This document shows positions 18,850 through 28,639 of a stretch of 64,000 nucleotides of DNA, one piece after another. The notes beneath the pieces are model-generated. The model made no database searches. It was not told the origin of the DNA and saw nothing but the letters and a program-made list of their open reading frames with translations. The stretch is from the NCBI GenBank assembly GCA_963778795.1, contig CAVZVU010000006.1:712249-776248 (forward strand). The letters run 5' to 3'. Numbering within the stretch: position 1 is the stretch's first letter; each line of letters starts with the position of its first letter. The position numbers were made by a program, and so were the translations under genes. The stretch is from an uncultured Pseudomonadota bacterium. Its GTDB lineage: Bacteria; Myxococcota_A; Polyangia; Fen-1088.

Positions 18850-19350
18850 ATGACGACGAACATCGAACCACTGATCATTCGGGAGAACCCCAAGGCGCCG
18901 ATCGCTTGCGACCTGACCGACGCATCCGACACCCCCGACGAACGGATCGCCGAGTACGGCCAGCTGTTCGCACGCGCCCTGGTCGATCGCGAGCGAACGG
19001 CGGACGCGGTCGAATTGAGGTTTGCCGCGAAGCCCGGTGTCGTCGAATGGGTCACCGATCTCGCGCGGCGCGAAAGCGCCTGCTGTCCGTTCCTGACCTA
19101 TGAGGTCACAGTGGACGGCGGTCGCGTCGTCTGGCGGATCAGCACGCAGGCCGGTCCCGCGGCGCAGGCGATCCTCGACCAGCTCCATGTCTTGCCGGAG
19201 CGGTTCGGCGACGGCTTCAAGGGGCTCCTCGAACGGCTCGACGCCCGCGGCGTCATGGTCGTCTCGCCCGCACCCGGTCGCTACGCGCTCGATGACGGCC
19301 AGCGCAAGCCCGGTCTTCTCGACCGGGTCAAGACGGCTTGCGGTTGCTGA
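18850..19350 (+). CDS. Cys-motif protein resembling the accessory domain of some MerR-family proteins
   Basis: 'PIACDL', 'ESACCPFLTY', C-terminal 'ACGC'; RBS AGGAG. Confidence 0.7.
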   Translation: MTTNIEPLIIRENPKAPIACDLTDASDTPDERIAEYGQLFARALVDRERTADAVELRFAAKPGVVEWVTDLARRESACCPFLTYEVTVDGGRVVWRISTQAGPAAQAILDQLHVLPERFGDGFKGLLERLDARGVMVVSPAPGRYALDDGQRKPGLLDRVKTACGC

Positions 19351-19365
19351 GCCAACCACCGGGCT

Positions 19366-19530
19366 TCAGCGCACGCGCCGGTGGGGCAGGTCGCGGCCTT
19401 CCGCGTGCAGGATCAGCCGCTGCGCGGGTCGGTCGCCGTCAGCATCGAAGGTGAGCTGATCGTCGGTGACCTTGAGGAAGAACTCGGTCGGGTTGCTGGG
19501 GAAGAGGCTCATTTGCCCATCCAGTTGCCG
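19366..19530 (-). pseudogene. DUF3471-like C-terminal fragment
   Basis: 'LFPSNPTEFFLKVTDDQLTF..LILH' resembles DUF3471 of serine hydrolases; no matching N-terminal part found. Confidence 0.4.
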
Positions 19531-19779
19531 CCCGGGGGCGGAGTGTTGGCGACCCAGGCCGGATGGTCCTCCACCTTCAAGCGATTCTCCAGCCGTGGTG
19601 CGGCAAGGGCGGGGCAACCGCTGCACGACCCTTTTTGTTGGGGGGCCTCAGGAATGTGAGACCCGGGCGGGGAGCGCGTCGCCGGGGCGAGTGAAAGCCC
19701 TGGTCTTCCCGCGCCGATCGCGCCGGCACGTCGCTTGCTGACCAATGGGAGCGTGCAACCGCTGGACGAGGAGCCCCCC

Positions 19780-22670
19780 ATGGTGAAGCGAGCGAGACGA
19801 ACGACCACGACCCTTCGCGCCTCGGGCGCGATGCTCTGGCTGACGGTGGGCACCAGCCTCGCCGGCTGCGGTGGATCATCGAAGCCCAGCGACAAGACGG
19901 CGCTCGATCCGAGCGACTACACGGTGAGCTACCGCAGCGCGGTTAGAGTGCCGAGCGACGGCACCGTGATGAAGGAGCAGGCGTTCGTCGATCAGGTCAG
20001 TCGCCTCGATCCGATCGACGCCAAGCGCTGCCCCGTCAGCAACGACACCTCCTTCCAGGCGGCGGCCGACGCGCTCGGCGGTATCACCTGGACTCACCCG
20101 ATCGCGATCCTCAAGGACCAGTCGCTGCCGCCGCTCTACAAGGGGCGCATCCCGCCGCCCAGCCCCCCGGTCCCGTACGCGGGCGCAACCGCCGGCGCGA
20201 ACGCCGCTGCTCCGACCATCGTGCGTCCCGATCTGGTGGGCTATCAGGACAGCACGGCGATCTTCCTGTCGCAGCGGCACGGCCTCCTCGCCGTGAAGAC
20301 CGACGGCCCCGCGCCCGTGCTGAGCTGCGCGCTCAAGCTGCCCGGCCAGCCCAAGTACTTCTTCTACCGGGGCAGCGAGCTCGTGCTGCTGGTGAACGGC
20401 CTGTCGGTCAACGAGGCCGCGCTGCTGCGCTTCCGCGTGAGCCAGACCGGGTTCGACTTCGTCGACGCGGTCATGCTCGACCAGCAGAGCATCCAGGACG
20501 CGCGCCTGTTCGACAGCACGCTGGTGGTTTACACAAATCTGCTGACGCCGATCCCGCCGGCCACGTCATCGACCGGCACGTCGGGCACCGGCACGACGGG
20601 CACCGGAACCGCGCCCCCCGCGGGGAGCAGCGGCGGCGCGAGCGCCGGTGGCGCGGGCGCCGCCGCCCCGGCGCCGGGCCAGTGGTACAGCCCGAGCACG
20701 GGCGTGGCGGTCACGGCCATCAAGTGGGACGCCGCCCTGACCGTCGCCTGGCATGAGGAGTTCCTCAACGACCCGGCGAGCTCCGATCCGTTCGCTGGCC
20801 GGGATCCGGTCATGGCCGCGACCCAGCTGGCCGTGGGCGACGTGATCTCGACGACGAGGACCTTCAAGCCGTTCATCAGCGCGAGCGACCGCTACGTCGT
20901 CGTGAGCCGCGACGTGAGCCGCACGGTGTTCACGGGCACGCGCACGGAGAGCTACTCGTACTGCGCGACGTCGCACGAGGGCCCGGCGCGATCGGTACGC
21001 TCGTGCGCGCCCAAGTACGAGCAGCGTCCCAACCCCGACTACCGCCCGCCGCAGTCGACCAAGGGCGACTACTCGTGCAACGGCAAGACGCTGCTCGACT
21101 GCATCCAGGAGGCCGCCCCGACGGTCAGCCGGTACATCTACGTCCGCGTCGGCGAGACCTGCTCGACGTACACGTACCACGACTACATCTGCGACCAGTA
21201 CGCGACCAACATCGTCTCGTACCCGACCTACGACTATCGGCAGTCGACCCAGTTCGTGGTCTACCGCTACGACGCCGGCGACTTCGTCAAGCTCGACGAG
21301 CAGATCTACGAGCTGGCCGACCCGGGCGCGGGCGCCGTCAACGTCGATTCACTGACCTTCAGCGGCAAGCCGCTCGAGGTCGCCGGCTCGATCGAGCAGC
21401 AAGGGCGATCTCCAGTTCCAGCAGCGGTCACTTCTACGTCCTCACCAACCAGGGCGAGCAGCTGCACACGCTGCTGCTCGTCGGCAACTCGATCGCCAAG
21501 CTCGGCACGCAGGCCACGCCCAGGCAGCGCAGCGGCTACGGCTCGTACTCGGGCGCGCACTCGACGTTGTTCTCCGCCGACCGGATGATGATCTCGCGCG
21601 CGTACTACGACTACCAGCAGCCGAATCAACATCCCGAACTGGTCCGACGTGATCATGCTCGATCTCACGACGCCGTCCTTCCCAAGGGCGCTGAACCAGT
21701 TCGTGATGCCGGGCTCGAGCGACCAGCTGATCCTGGCCACCGACGGCGTGCTCGGACCGGGGACCGTCGCCTTCACCAGCGGGGGCGTCTCGCGCAACCT
21801 CCAGAAGCTGACCCTGTTCGACCGCGCGACGCCAGCGAGATCGGCAATTTGCTGCTCGGCACCGAGTTCAACGCCGACTTCGTCTCCTCCTGGCTCGGCG
21901 TCGCCGACGATCAGCGCATCCGTCTCGACGGCGACAACCAGCGGCTGTTCCTGCCCTACTCGGGCTATCACCACGCGCCCCAGGACGTGTTCAACCCGGC
22001 CGCGCACCGGCTCAACATCACCGCCGTCGCCAATCGGTTGCTCACCTCGGAGGTGACCTTCGACCTCGTCGAGGACATCGTGCGCACCGTCTCGACCAGC
22101 TCGGCACCCGGCGCGGGGAGCGCGCTCGCGTTCGGCGACTCGTCGGTCTATGCGATCAACCAGACCGTCGATTCTTGGTCGCTGGACGTCATCGAGGAGT
22201 TCGCGACGCCGATCGCCGTCTACCGCATCAGCGACCAGGGCGATCTGCACGCGCGCATCGACCGCGTCGGCGCGCGCTGCCAGATCTCGACCTTCCAGGG
22301 CAGCCTCAACGCCTTCAAGCCCGACCACGTCGCTGTCGGCCCGCAGATCGCGTGCACCGAGTCATCGCAGCCGATCGCCATCGGCCTGTCGGTCGTGTTC
22401 GCCGACGCCCGCACCGGCTGGCAGATCAGCGCGGACGGCCAGGTCATCACCGCGCTCGATGCCGCGGCGGTCGCGGAACGGCAGACCCACATCCGCAACG
22501 ACGAGTACTGCGCCCTCGACGGCACCGTCATGGACGGCACCCCGGTGCCGTACCTCGACGCCGTTCCTGCGTCGATCGTCTGCTTCCCGCCCCCGACCGC
22601 GACCGGCGGCGGGATCGGCGTGGGCGGCGTGGGCGTCGGCATGCCGAGCGGCGGGGCGCTCCGGAACTGA
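19780..22670 (+). CDS. Large lipoprotein with beta-propeller domain; four frameshifts between about 21395 and 21835
   Basis: Lipobox 'SLAGC', RBS GAGGAG. The coding frame passes through ORFs 19735, 21003, 21649 and back to 21003 ('SGHFYVLT', 'VIMLDL', 'RLFLPY'). Confidence 0.7.
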
Positions 22671-22729
22671 GACGGCGGACGGGCTCAGCAATGGGGGCCG
22701 CGACCGTGAGGGCAACCGAGGTCGCCGAT

Positions 22730-23410
22730 TCAGGCACGCTCACTCTGAGGCTCTCCGGGCCTTGACGCGCCCGAGCCGAGCCGAAACAGCGTGTCCGCCG
22801 GCGTCTCGACCAGCACCGCGAGCGCCTGCTCGGGCGTCGCCGGTCTCGCCAGAAGGCGCGTCCGCACTCCGGCCTCGCACGTCTTCAAGACCATCTCCAA
22901 CGCCTCCATTGGCCGCGGACGCCGCCCGTCGTGCTCGCCGCCCGCGATGCAGACGTTCACCAGGTAGCCGAGCTCCCTGACGCGCGTCGAAAACCGCGTC
23001 GGATCACGGTCACGCAACTCACTCATGGCTTGCTCGAACAGCGGCGCCACCAGGCGTGTCTGACCCTGCTTTGCGGCATCTCGCCTTGCCGGCTGTGTCC
23101 CGGCCGACCCAAGCGCCCGTGCCCCGAGGGATCGTACCGTCGTTGGCGCGATCACCTCGGCCTCCTGCAGAAGCGCCATCAGCCCACCGACGTCGGCCGC
23201 CGTCGCGAGCTCGGCGCCGCGAGTCGGTGCAGCGCCACCATCGCCGCCTTGGCGAGGCGTCTCGATGTTCGTATGCCCGAGCCCGCGAAAGTACGCGCGT
23301 GTGATCGCGTCGCGCTCATCGGCCCTTTCGCCGCGCCGTGCGAGCTCGAGAAACGCGCGCGCGTCGGCCGGGCTGATGAAACCTTCCGCGACCCGCCGAT
23401 CGATCCCATC
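22730..23410 (-). pseudogene. 3' fragment of a DUF6178-like gene
   Basis: 'RRVAEGFISPADARAFLELAR', 'ELGYLVNVCIAGG..GRRPRPMEA' recalled as DUF6178-like; no own start. Confidence 0.5.
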
Positions 23411-23414
23411 AGCA

Positions 23415-23907
23415 CCAGGGTGAAGGTCGGATCGACGGCCGGTGGGGCGGGCCGCCCGAAGTCCACGATGGATGTGAGCTCGATGATCGTCGGCAGCCGC
23501 CAATCGCGATGGCCGCCCAGCGCCGAGGCCTGGGTGTTCAAGGTGATGGCGCAATAAGCGATGGCATCGTCGCGCGTGTAGTTGTCGCTGGTCGGCGTCT
23601 TTTGCCACATCAGCTTGGTCACGTTGTCGGTGATCGTGCCGTCGCCGTTGTCCGTGAAGTTGTCCCGATTCGGCGCGCCCGCCGTGACGTCCACAGGATC
23701 GTTGGGCATCGGCCACGCGGCCCACTCGGGATCCGCGCAGCTCGCGGGCGGGTAACGTTCTGGGACCTGCCCCGTCGCACATGAACCTGCGTCGCCGTTG
23801 TCTCCGGCGCCTGCGCCGCTCCCCGAACCGCAACCCGCAGCACCGGCGATCGGGAACGCGACTGCGATTAGCAAGGCCCACCGGCGCGCTTCCCGTCGAG
23901 CACCCAT
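23415..23907 (-). pseudogene. DUF1566 (Lcl C-terminal) lipoprotein, truncated at its 3' end
   Basis: Lipobox 'AAGC'; 'DNGDGTITDNVTKLMWQK', 'DWRLPTIIELTSIVD'. The similarity stops after 'VDPTFT' and lacks the usual YWSS half. Confidence 0.65.
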
Positions 23908-24094
23908 CCCGTTCTCCTCGTCGCGACTCTAGCAGAATGCAGGTGAGGGGCCGGGGATCCTCGGAAAGCTAGCCGCCGAACAGCGCGCCGCCTTAGCCGG
24001 AAAATTGAATCCAACTGACAGCGCGACGCTTCGCTACCGCTTGCAAAGTGATCTCCAATGTGCGACACGCGCAAGTCACAAAGGGGGAATCGCA

Positions 24095-25114
24095 ATGGTA
24101 AAAGTCTCTCGTTCGACGAATCGTTTCCTGTCGATCGCGTTCATCGTCTGTGGGCTCGGGATGGTTTCGAATCGCGCGTCGGCCGCTCCGGTCGGTACGA
24201 TCTCGACCTTCGGACCGTCGTTGGCGGGGACGGTCTGCGCGAATCCGGAAGGCCTGGCGATGGACACTCAGGGCAACTTCTACACGGCGTCGGACGTTGA
24301 TGGCGTGACCACAGGCACGATCTGCGTGTTCAGCTCCAACGGCACGTTCACGCGGACGATCTCGATCCCGCCGGGCCCGGCCGGCGTCGCTCCGCTGGTC
24401 GGCATGCTCTTCGAGGAGCCCCGCACCCTGTTCGTCGCCGACACCGCCGACGGCAACGCCCCCAACGGTCGCCTGCTGCGCGTCGACATCCCGACCGGAA
24501 GCGTGACCGTGCTCGCGTCAGGCTTCGCGTTCCCGAACGCGATCGCCGAGGACGGCGCAGGGAACCTTTACGTCTCGGATTCGGCGCTGGGGACCATCAA
24601 CCGCATCCGCCAGGACGGGACCCACAACGTCGTGTGGGCGACGAGCCCGCTGTTCCAGACCAGCGGCTTTCCCCCGGTCGGCGTCAACGACCTGGCGTTC
24701 GACCACACCAACAGCAACCTGTATGCCACCAACACCGGTGACAGTCGGATCTTGCGCATCCCCGTCTTGCCGAACGGCAACGCGGGCACGGTGCAGATTT
24801 TCGCCGACGGCGCGACGATCAACGCTCGCCAGAACACGACGGACGCGCTGCACGGCGCCGACGGGTTGGCGATCGACGTCGCCGGAAACTTTTACGTGGC
24901 CGCCAATCAGGTCGGCGAAATCCAGGTCATCTCACCGTCGGGGCGCCTCATCGCGCGCTACGCCGGCTCGGGGGCGGCGACGCTGGACTTCCCCGCGACG
25001 CTGCTCTTCAAGGGCACGCAGCTCTACCTGACCAACGCGTCGTTGTTCGACGACGGCGTGAATTCGCGCATCCTGGTGCTGCAGGCGGCGCTGCCGGGTC
25101 AACCGCTCAACTGA
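24095..25114 (+). CDS. Secreted SMP-30/gluconolactonase/LRE-family beta-propeller protein
   Basis: Signal peptide; 'NPEGLAMD', 'FPNAIAED..GNLYVSDS', 'ADGLAIDVAGNFYVA'. Confidence 0.85.
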   Translation: MVKVSRSTNRFLSIAFIVCGLGMVSNRASAAPVGTISTFGPSLAGTVCANPEGLAMDTQGNFYTASDVDGVTTGTICVFSSNGTFTRTISIPPGPAGVAPLVGMLFEEPRTLFVADTADGNAPNGRLLRVDIPTGSVTVLASGFAFPNAIAEDGAGNLYVSDSALGTINRIRQDGTHNVVWATSPLFQTSGFPPVGVNDLAFDHTNSNLYATNTGDSRILRIPVLPNGNAGTVQIFADGATINARQNTTDALHGADGLAIDVAGNFYVAANQVGEIQVISPSGRLIARYAGSGAATLDFPATLLFKGTQLYLTNASLFDDGVNSRILVLQAALPGQPLN

Positions 25115-25133
25115 GCGCGGCCGGAGATGGGCG

Positions 25134-25155
25134 GGCCGCCCCGCGCGGGGCGGCC
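25134..25155. terminator. GC-rich palindrome between convergent genes
   Basis: GGCCGCCCCGCGCGGGGCGGCC, a perfect 22-bp inverted repeat. Confidence 0.5.
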
Positions 25156-25172
25156 TGATCAGATCCCGTGGA

Positions 25173-25676
25173 TCAGATGCCGTAGATCAGCGTCAACAGC
25201 TCGGGCACGTTGAGCGGGTCGCCGGCGAACGGGTAGGTCTGCGTCGCCTCCGCGGTGTAGTCGAGGTTGTCGACCGCGATGATGTCGCCGCCGCCCGGCA
25301 TGTAGACAAGCACGACCGGGTAGTACGCCCCGGTGATGCCACCGTCCCCGACCTTCAAGCGAAACTGCTGGCCGGCGACCAGCGGAGGGCTCTGCAGAAC
25401 GCCGCGCGCCACGGCCGGCGTCTTGACCGGCACCATCTTGTAGTACCCGACCGCCAGGTGGGTCGGTGGGCCCGGGATACTGTCGGGCATCTTCACCGTC
25501 AAGCAGACAGTGTGCGGATCGGCGCACGCCGGCGCGTCCATCGCCAGCAGCACCGGCGGATCCATGACGATCGTCGAGCCAAAATCGGGACCGCCGTCGC
25601 TCGGCGTCGCGTCCGGCGTGCCGCAGCCCGCGGCGCCCGCGACGATAACCAGGAACAACCACGCTGACTTTGTCAT
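25173..25676 (-). CDS. Lipoprotein of unknown function
   Basis: 'LVIVAGAAGC' lipobox; downstream of the TonB-dependent receptor. Confidence 0.7.
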   Translation of the reverse strand: MTKSAWLFLVIVAGAAGCGTPDATPSDGGPDFGSTIVMDPPVLLAMDAPACADPHTVCLTVKMPDSIPGPPTHLAVGYYKMVPVKTPAVARGVLQSPPLVAGQQFRLKVGDGGITGAYYPVVLVYMPGGGDIIAVDNLDYTAEATQTYPFAGDPLNVPELLTLIYGI

Positions 25677-25718
25677 TACACTCATCCTGTCGTCTCCTCG
25701 CGCCGAATCATCGGCGGA

Positions 25719-27953
25719 TCAAAAGCTGTACTGGAGCCCGAAAAGAACCGTCGCGCGGACCGCTGGCACGAGCTCGGTCTTGTTCTCGTTATCGCCGCCG
25801 GTGTTCACCGCGTAGGGATTGGTGGTCGTGACGGAGTAATCGGCCGACAGGCGATACTGGAGCGCGCTCACCCGAGGGACCTTGCCGGTCACGGTCAGCC
25901 GCAGATCGACCGTTGGCGGCGCGTAGTGCAGGCCGACCACGCCCGGATCCTGGGAGTAGTCGGCGAGACGCTGCCCGGTGATCTGAGACGCGAAGGCGAG
26001 CACCGGCCGCCCGCCGCCGAGATCGTACGAGACGCGGGCGTTGCCGAAGATCGACGGCGTCACCGTCATCAAATTCGTGACGCCGTTGGTGGTCAGGCGC
26101 GCGTACGACGCGGTCAGGTTGGCGCCGTAGCTGAAGCGTCCGTCGCGCAGGCTGCCTTCGTAGCTGGCGTTGATGCCGTAGTTGTCGACCCGCGCGACGT
26201 TGCGGAACTGGAAGATGCTGACCGCGCTCGAGTCGATGTCCCCCGCGCGCTCGGCCGCCGAGAGCTCCGCCTGCGACAGGCGCTGGCTCTGGACGACGTC
26301 GCCCCACCAGCTGCGAAACGCGCCGACCAGCATGCGCTGGCGGCCGATGCGCTGCTGGAACGAGACCTCGACCGATCGTACGATCTCCGGCGCCAGATTC
26401 GGCGCCGCCAGCACCAGCAGCCGATTGGTCAGGTGCTGCTCCTCGAACGTTGGCGCGCGGAAGGCCTCGGAATAGACCGCCTTGGCGGTGGCGCCGTGCC
26501 CCAGGTCCAGGGTGGCCGCCAGGCGCGGCGACACGCGCTGCCCGGCCTGGTGGTCGAGGTCCCAGCGCGCGCCGGCGTTCAGCGTCAGCGCCGTGGTCGG
26601 GCTGTATACCTGCTGCGCGTAGACCGCGCCGCCGGCGCTGATCGCCTGGTACTGTCCGAAGGTCGAGACCGTCGCTCCGGTTCCAAGGTCGCCGATGCTG
26701 CTGTCGAAGGCGACCCGACGCACCCGGCCCTCGAATCCCAGCATCGAGGACATCGAGAAGTCGGACAGCCACTTGATCGTTGTTTGCAGCTCGGTCCCGG
26801 CCCACTGCCCTTTGCCGTCGCTCCGGCGGATGCAGCCATTGTCCTGTCCGCTGAGACACCCGATGAAGCTCGAGCCCCGGATCTGCGAATCGTCTTGGGA
26901 GGCGTCGCCGTAGACCCGCGCCTTGAACGAGGCGCGGCTCGACAGCGCCCCGGCCCAGCTGAGGTCGACGGCCCCGTAACCCCGGTCGCTGTAGGACTTC
27001 GGGTCGTCGAAGTCGCGCAGGAAGCTCTGAACGCGCGAAAAGGGTGCCGAGGTCCGGGCGAAGAGCCCGTGCAGCGTTAGCTGGAAATCGCCCACCTGCA
27101 GGCGCAGGTACCCCGATGGGATGCGCTGGGAGTAGCTGCGCGACGTGTTGCCGCCCCAGATTCCGACCGGGGCGTACGGGCCGTAGTTGAAGTTGTCGGT
27201 GACCACGGGCGTCCATCCGATCTGCGGGCCGGTGAAGTCGTAGTATTCGATCTGGCCCGTGATCTCGGCGGTGTGCCCGGCAAGCGTCAGGTTGCGGCCG
27301 ATGCCCAGGCCGACGCGATAGCCCCGCCCGATCTGCTTCGGGTACTGCGCGTTCCACTGCGGCGCCAGCGGCTGGCGCGCCTGGTTCTGGGGCGGCGAGA
27401 ACGCCGATTCGGCGATCAGCTGCAGTCCGCCGTAGTCGCGCGCGCGCTTGGTGACCACGTTGACCACGCCCAGCGTCGCGTTCGCGCCGTAGAGCACCGA
27501 CCCCGGTCCGAGCATCACCTCGATGTGGTCGATGAGCTCGATGGGGATCCCGGCTGTCGCTGAGTGATAGGACGCTCCGTTGCGCTGGTCGTTGGTGACG
27601 TGGCCGTCGAGCAGCAGCAGCACGTGCTTGCCGTTGTCGTTGGTGAACAGGACGCCGCGCGCTCCGACCTCGACGTTGCCCAGCGGATCTTCGGCGATCA
27701 ACCCAAGAGCCAGAAAATTGTAGGCCTCGCCGAGCGTGCGGATACCGTGTCGGCGCAGATCCTCGGCCGTGATGTTGATTGTCATCGCGGGGACGGCGGT
27801 GCTGGCCTGTGCCTCCTTCGACGCGGTGGTGCTGACGCTCTCGCCAAGCAGGGCGTCGAGCTCGGACGTGTCGGCCGGCTCATCCGCCTTCGCCGCGCGC
27901 GGGACGGCGGTCGCCGCGCAGATTGCCACCAGCCATAATGCGCGCGTTCTCAT
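25719..27953 (-). CDS. TonB-dependent receptor
   Basis: Signal peptide; plug 'VLLLLDGH', 'IDHIEVMLGPGSVLYG..GVVNVVT'; 'LAPEIVRSVE'; terminal 'LQYSF'. Confidence 0.9.
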   Translation of the reverse strand: MRTRALWLVAICAATAVPRAAKADEPADTSELDALLGESVSTTASKEAQASTAVPAMTINITAEDLRRHGIRTLGEAYNFLALGLIAEDPLGNVEVGARGVLFTNDNGKHVLLLLDGHVTNDQRNGASYHSATAGIPIELIDHIEVMLGPGSVLYGANATLGVVNVVTKRARDYGGLQLIAESAFSPPQNQARQPLAPQWNAQYPKQIGRGYRVGLGIGRNLTLAGHTAEITGQIEYYDFTGPQIGWTPVVTDNFNYGPYAPVGIWGGNTSRSYSQRIPSGYLRLQVGDFQLTLHGLFARTSAPFSRVQSFLRDFDDPKSYSDRGYGAVDLSWAGALSSRASFKARVYGDASQDDSQIRGSSFIGCLSGQDNGCIRRSDGKGQWAGTELQTTIKWLSDFSMSSMLGFEGRVRRVAFDSSIGDLGTGATVSTFGQYQAISAGGAVYAQQVYSPTTALTLNAGARWDLDHQAGQRVSPRLAATLDLGHGATAKAVYSEAFRAPTFEEQHLTNRLLVLAAPNLAPEIVRSVEVSFQQRIGRQRMLVGAFRSWWGDVVQSQRLSQAELSAAERAGDIDSSAVSIFQFRNVARVDNYGINASYEGSLRDGRFSYGANLTASYARLTTNGVTNLMTVTPSIFGNARVSYDLGGGRPVLAFASQITGQRLADYSQDPGVVGLHYAPPTVDLRLTVTGKVPRVSALQYRLSADYSVTTTNPYAVNTGGDNENKTELVPAVRATVLFGLQYSF

Positions 27954-28531
27954 TCGATGATCCTCACCAGCTTCATCAGCGCCGCGCGGAGGACGACCTC
28001 CTGGTTCTTGGCTTGGCGCAGGTTAAGAATCATCCGGGGGTGGCCCGACGACAGCTCGAAGCCGAGGATCGCTCCCCCGGCGACGTACGCATCGACCGCC
28101 GCGATCGTCAGGACCCGCCGGTGCGCCAGAGCGCTCACGACGGCGCTCAGGTTCGACGACAGGCCCGGCGTCAGATAGACGATCGCCAGCTTGCGCCGGG
28201 CGATCTCGTCGGCCAGCGCGCTGGCGCTGGCCCACTGAATGATTTGCACGTCGAACGCCCGCCGGCCCGAGCCGCTGACGCGTGCGAAGGCGGCCCGCAG
28301 CTCGACACCGGCGCGCATCGACTCTGCGTCTCGGGCGTTGACGAGGATGCCGAGCGGCAGTCGGTCCCCGCCGCCGAGCGGCGGGCTCTCGACGTACTCG
28401 ATGATCTTGGCGCTCAGCTGCGCCTGGAGGTCCAGCGGGATGGACGGCTCCTCGGCCGAGGCGAGCCGCGGGTCGAGCGACAGGGCTATCCCCGCGACCA
28501 GGGCGACCGCTACCGCACGTGAGCGACTCAT
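27950..28531 (-). CDS. YfiR/DUF4154-family periplasmic protein
   Basis: Signal peptide; 'VLTIA..GAILGF..MILNLRQAK..ALMKLVRII'; overlaps the TBDR start. Confidence 0.75.
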   Translation of the reverse strand: MSRSRAVAVALVAGIALSLDPRLASAEEPSIPLDLQAQLSAKIIEYVESPPLGGGDRLPLGILVNARDAESMRAGVELRAAFARVSGSGRRAFDVQIIQWASASALADEIARRKLAIVYLTPGLSSNLSAVVSALAHRRVLTIAAVDAYVAGGAILGFELSSGHPRMILNLRQAKNQEVVLRAALMKLVRIIE

Positions 28532-28639
28532 ACCGGTGACGCCACCAACGGCATCTCCGCGTCAAACTTGATAGGGGAGATGAGGCCGGGGGTTAGTGCT
28601 CAAGATCAACCCGACATATGCCGATGTCGGGCACGAGTC

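Noticed and set aside
21395-21835. Programmed ribosomal frameshifting
   Set aside because: No slippery heptamer or stimulatory structure; multiple scattered indels fit sequencing error or decay better.
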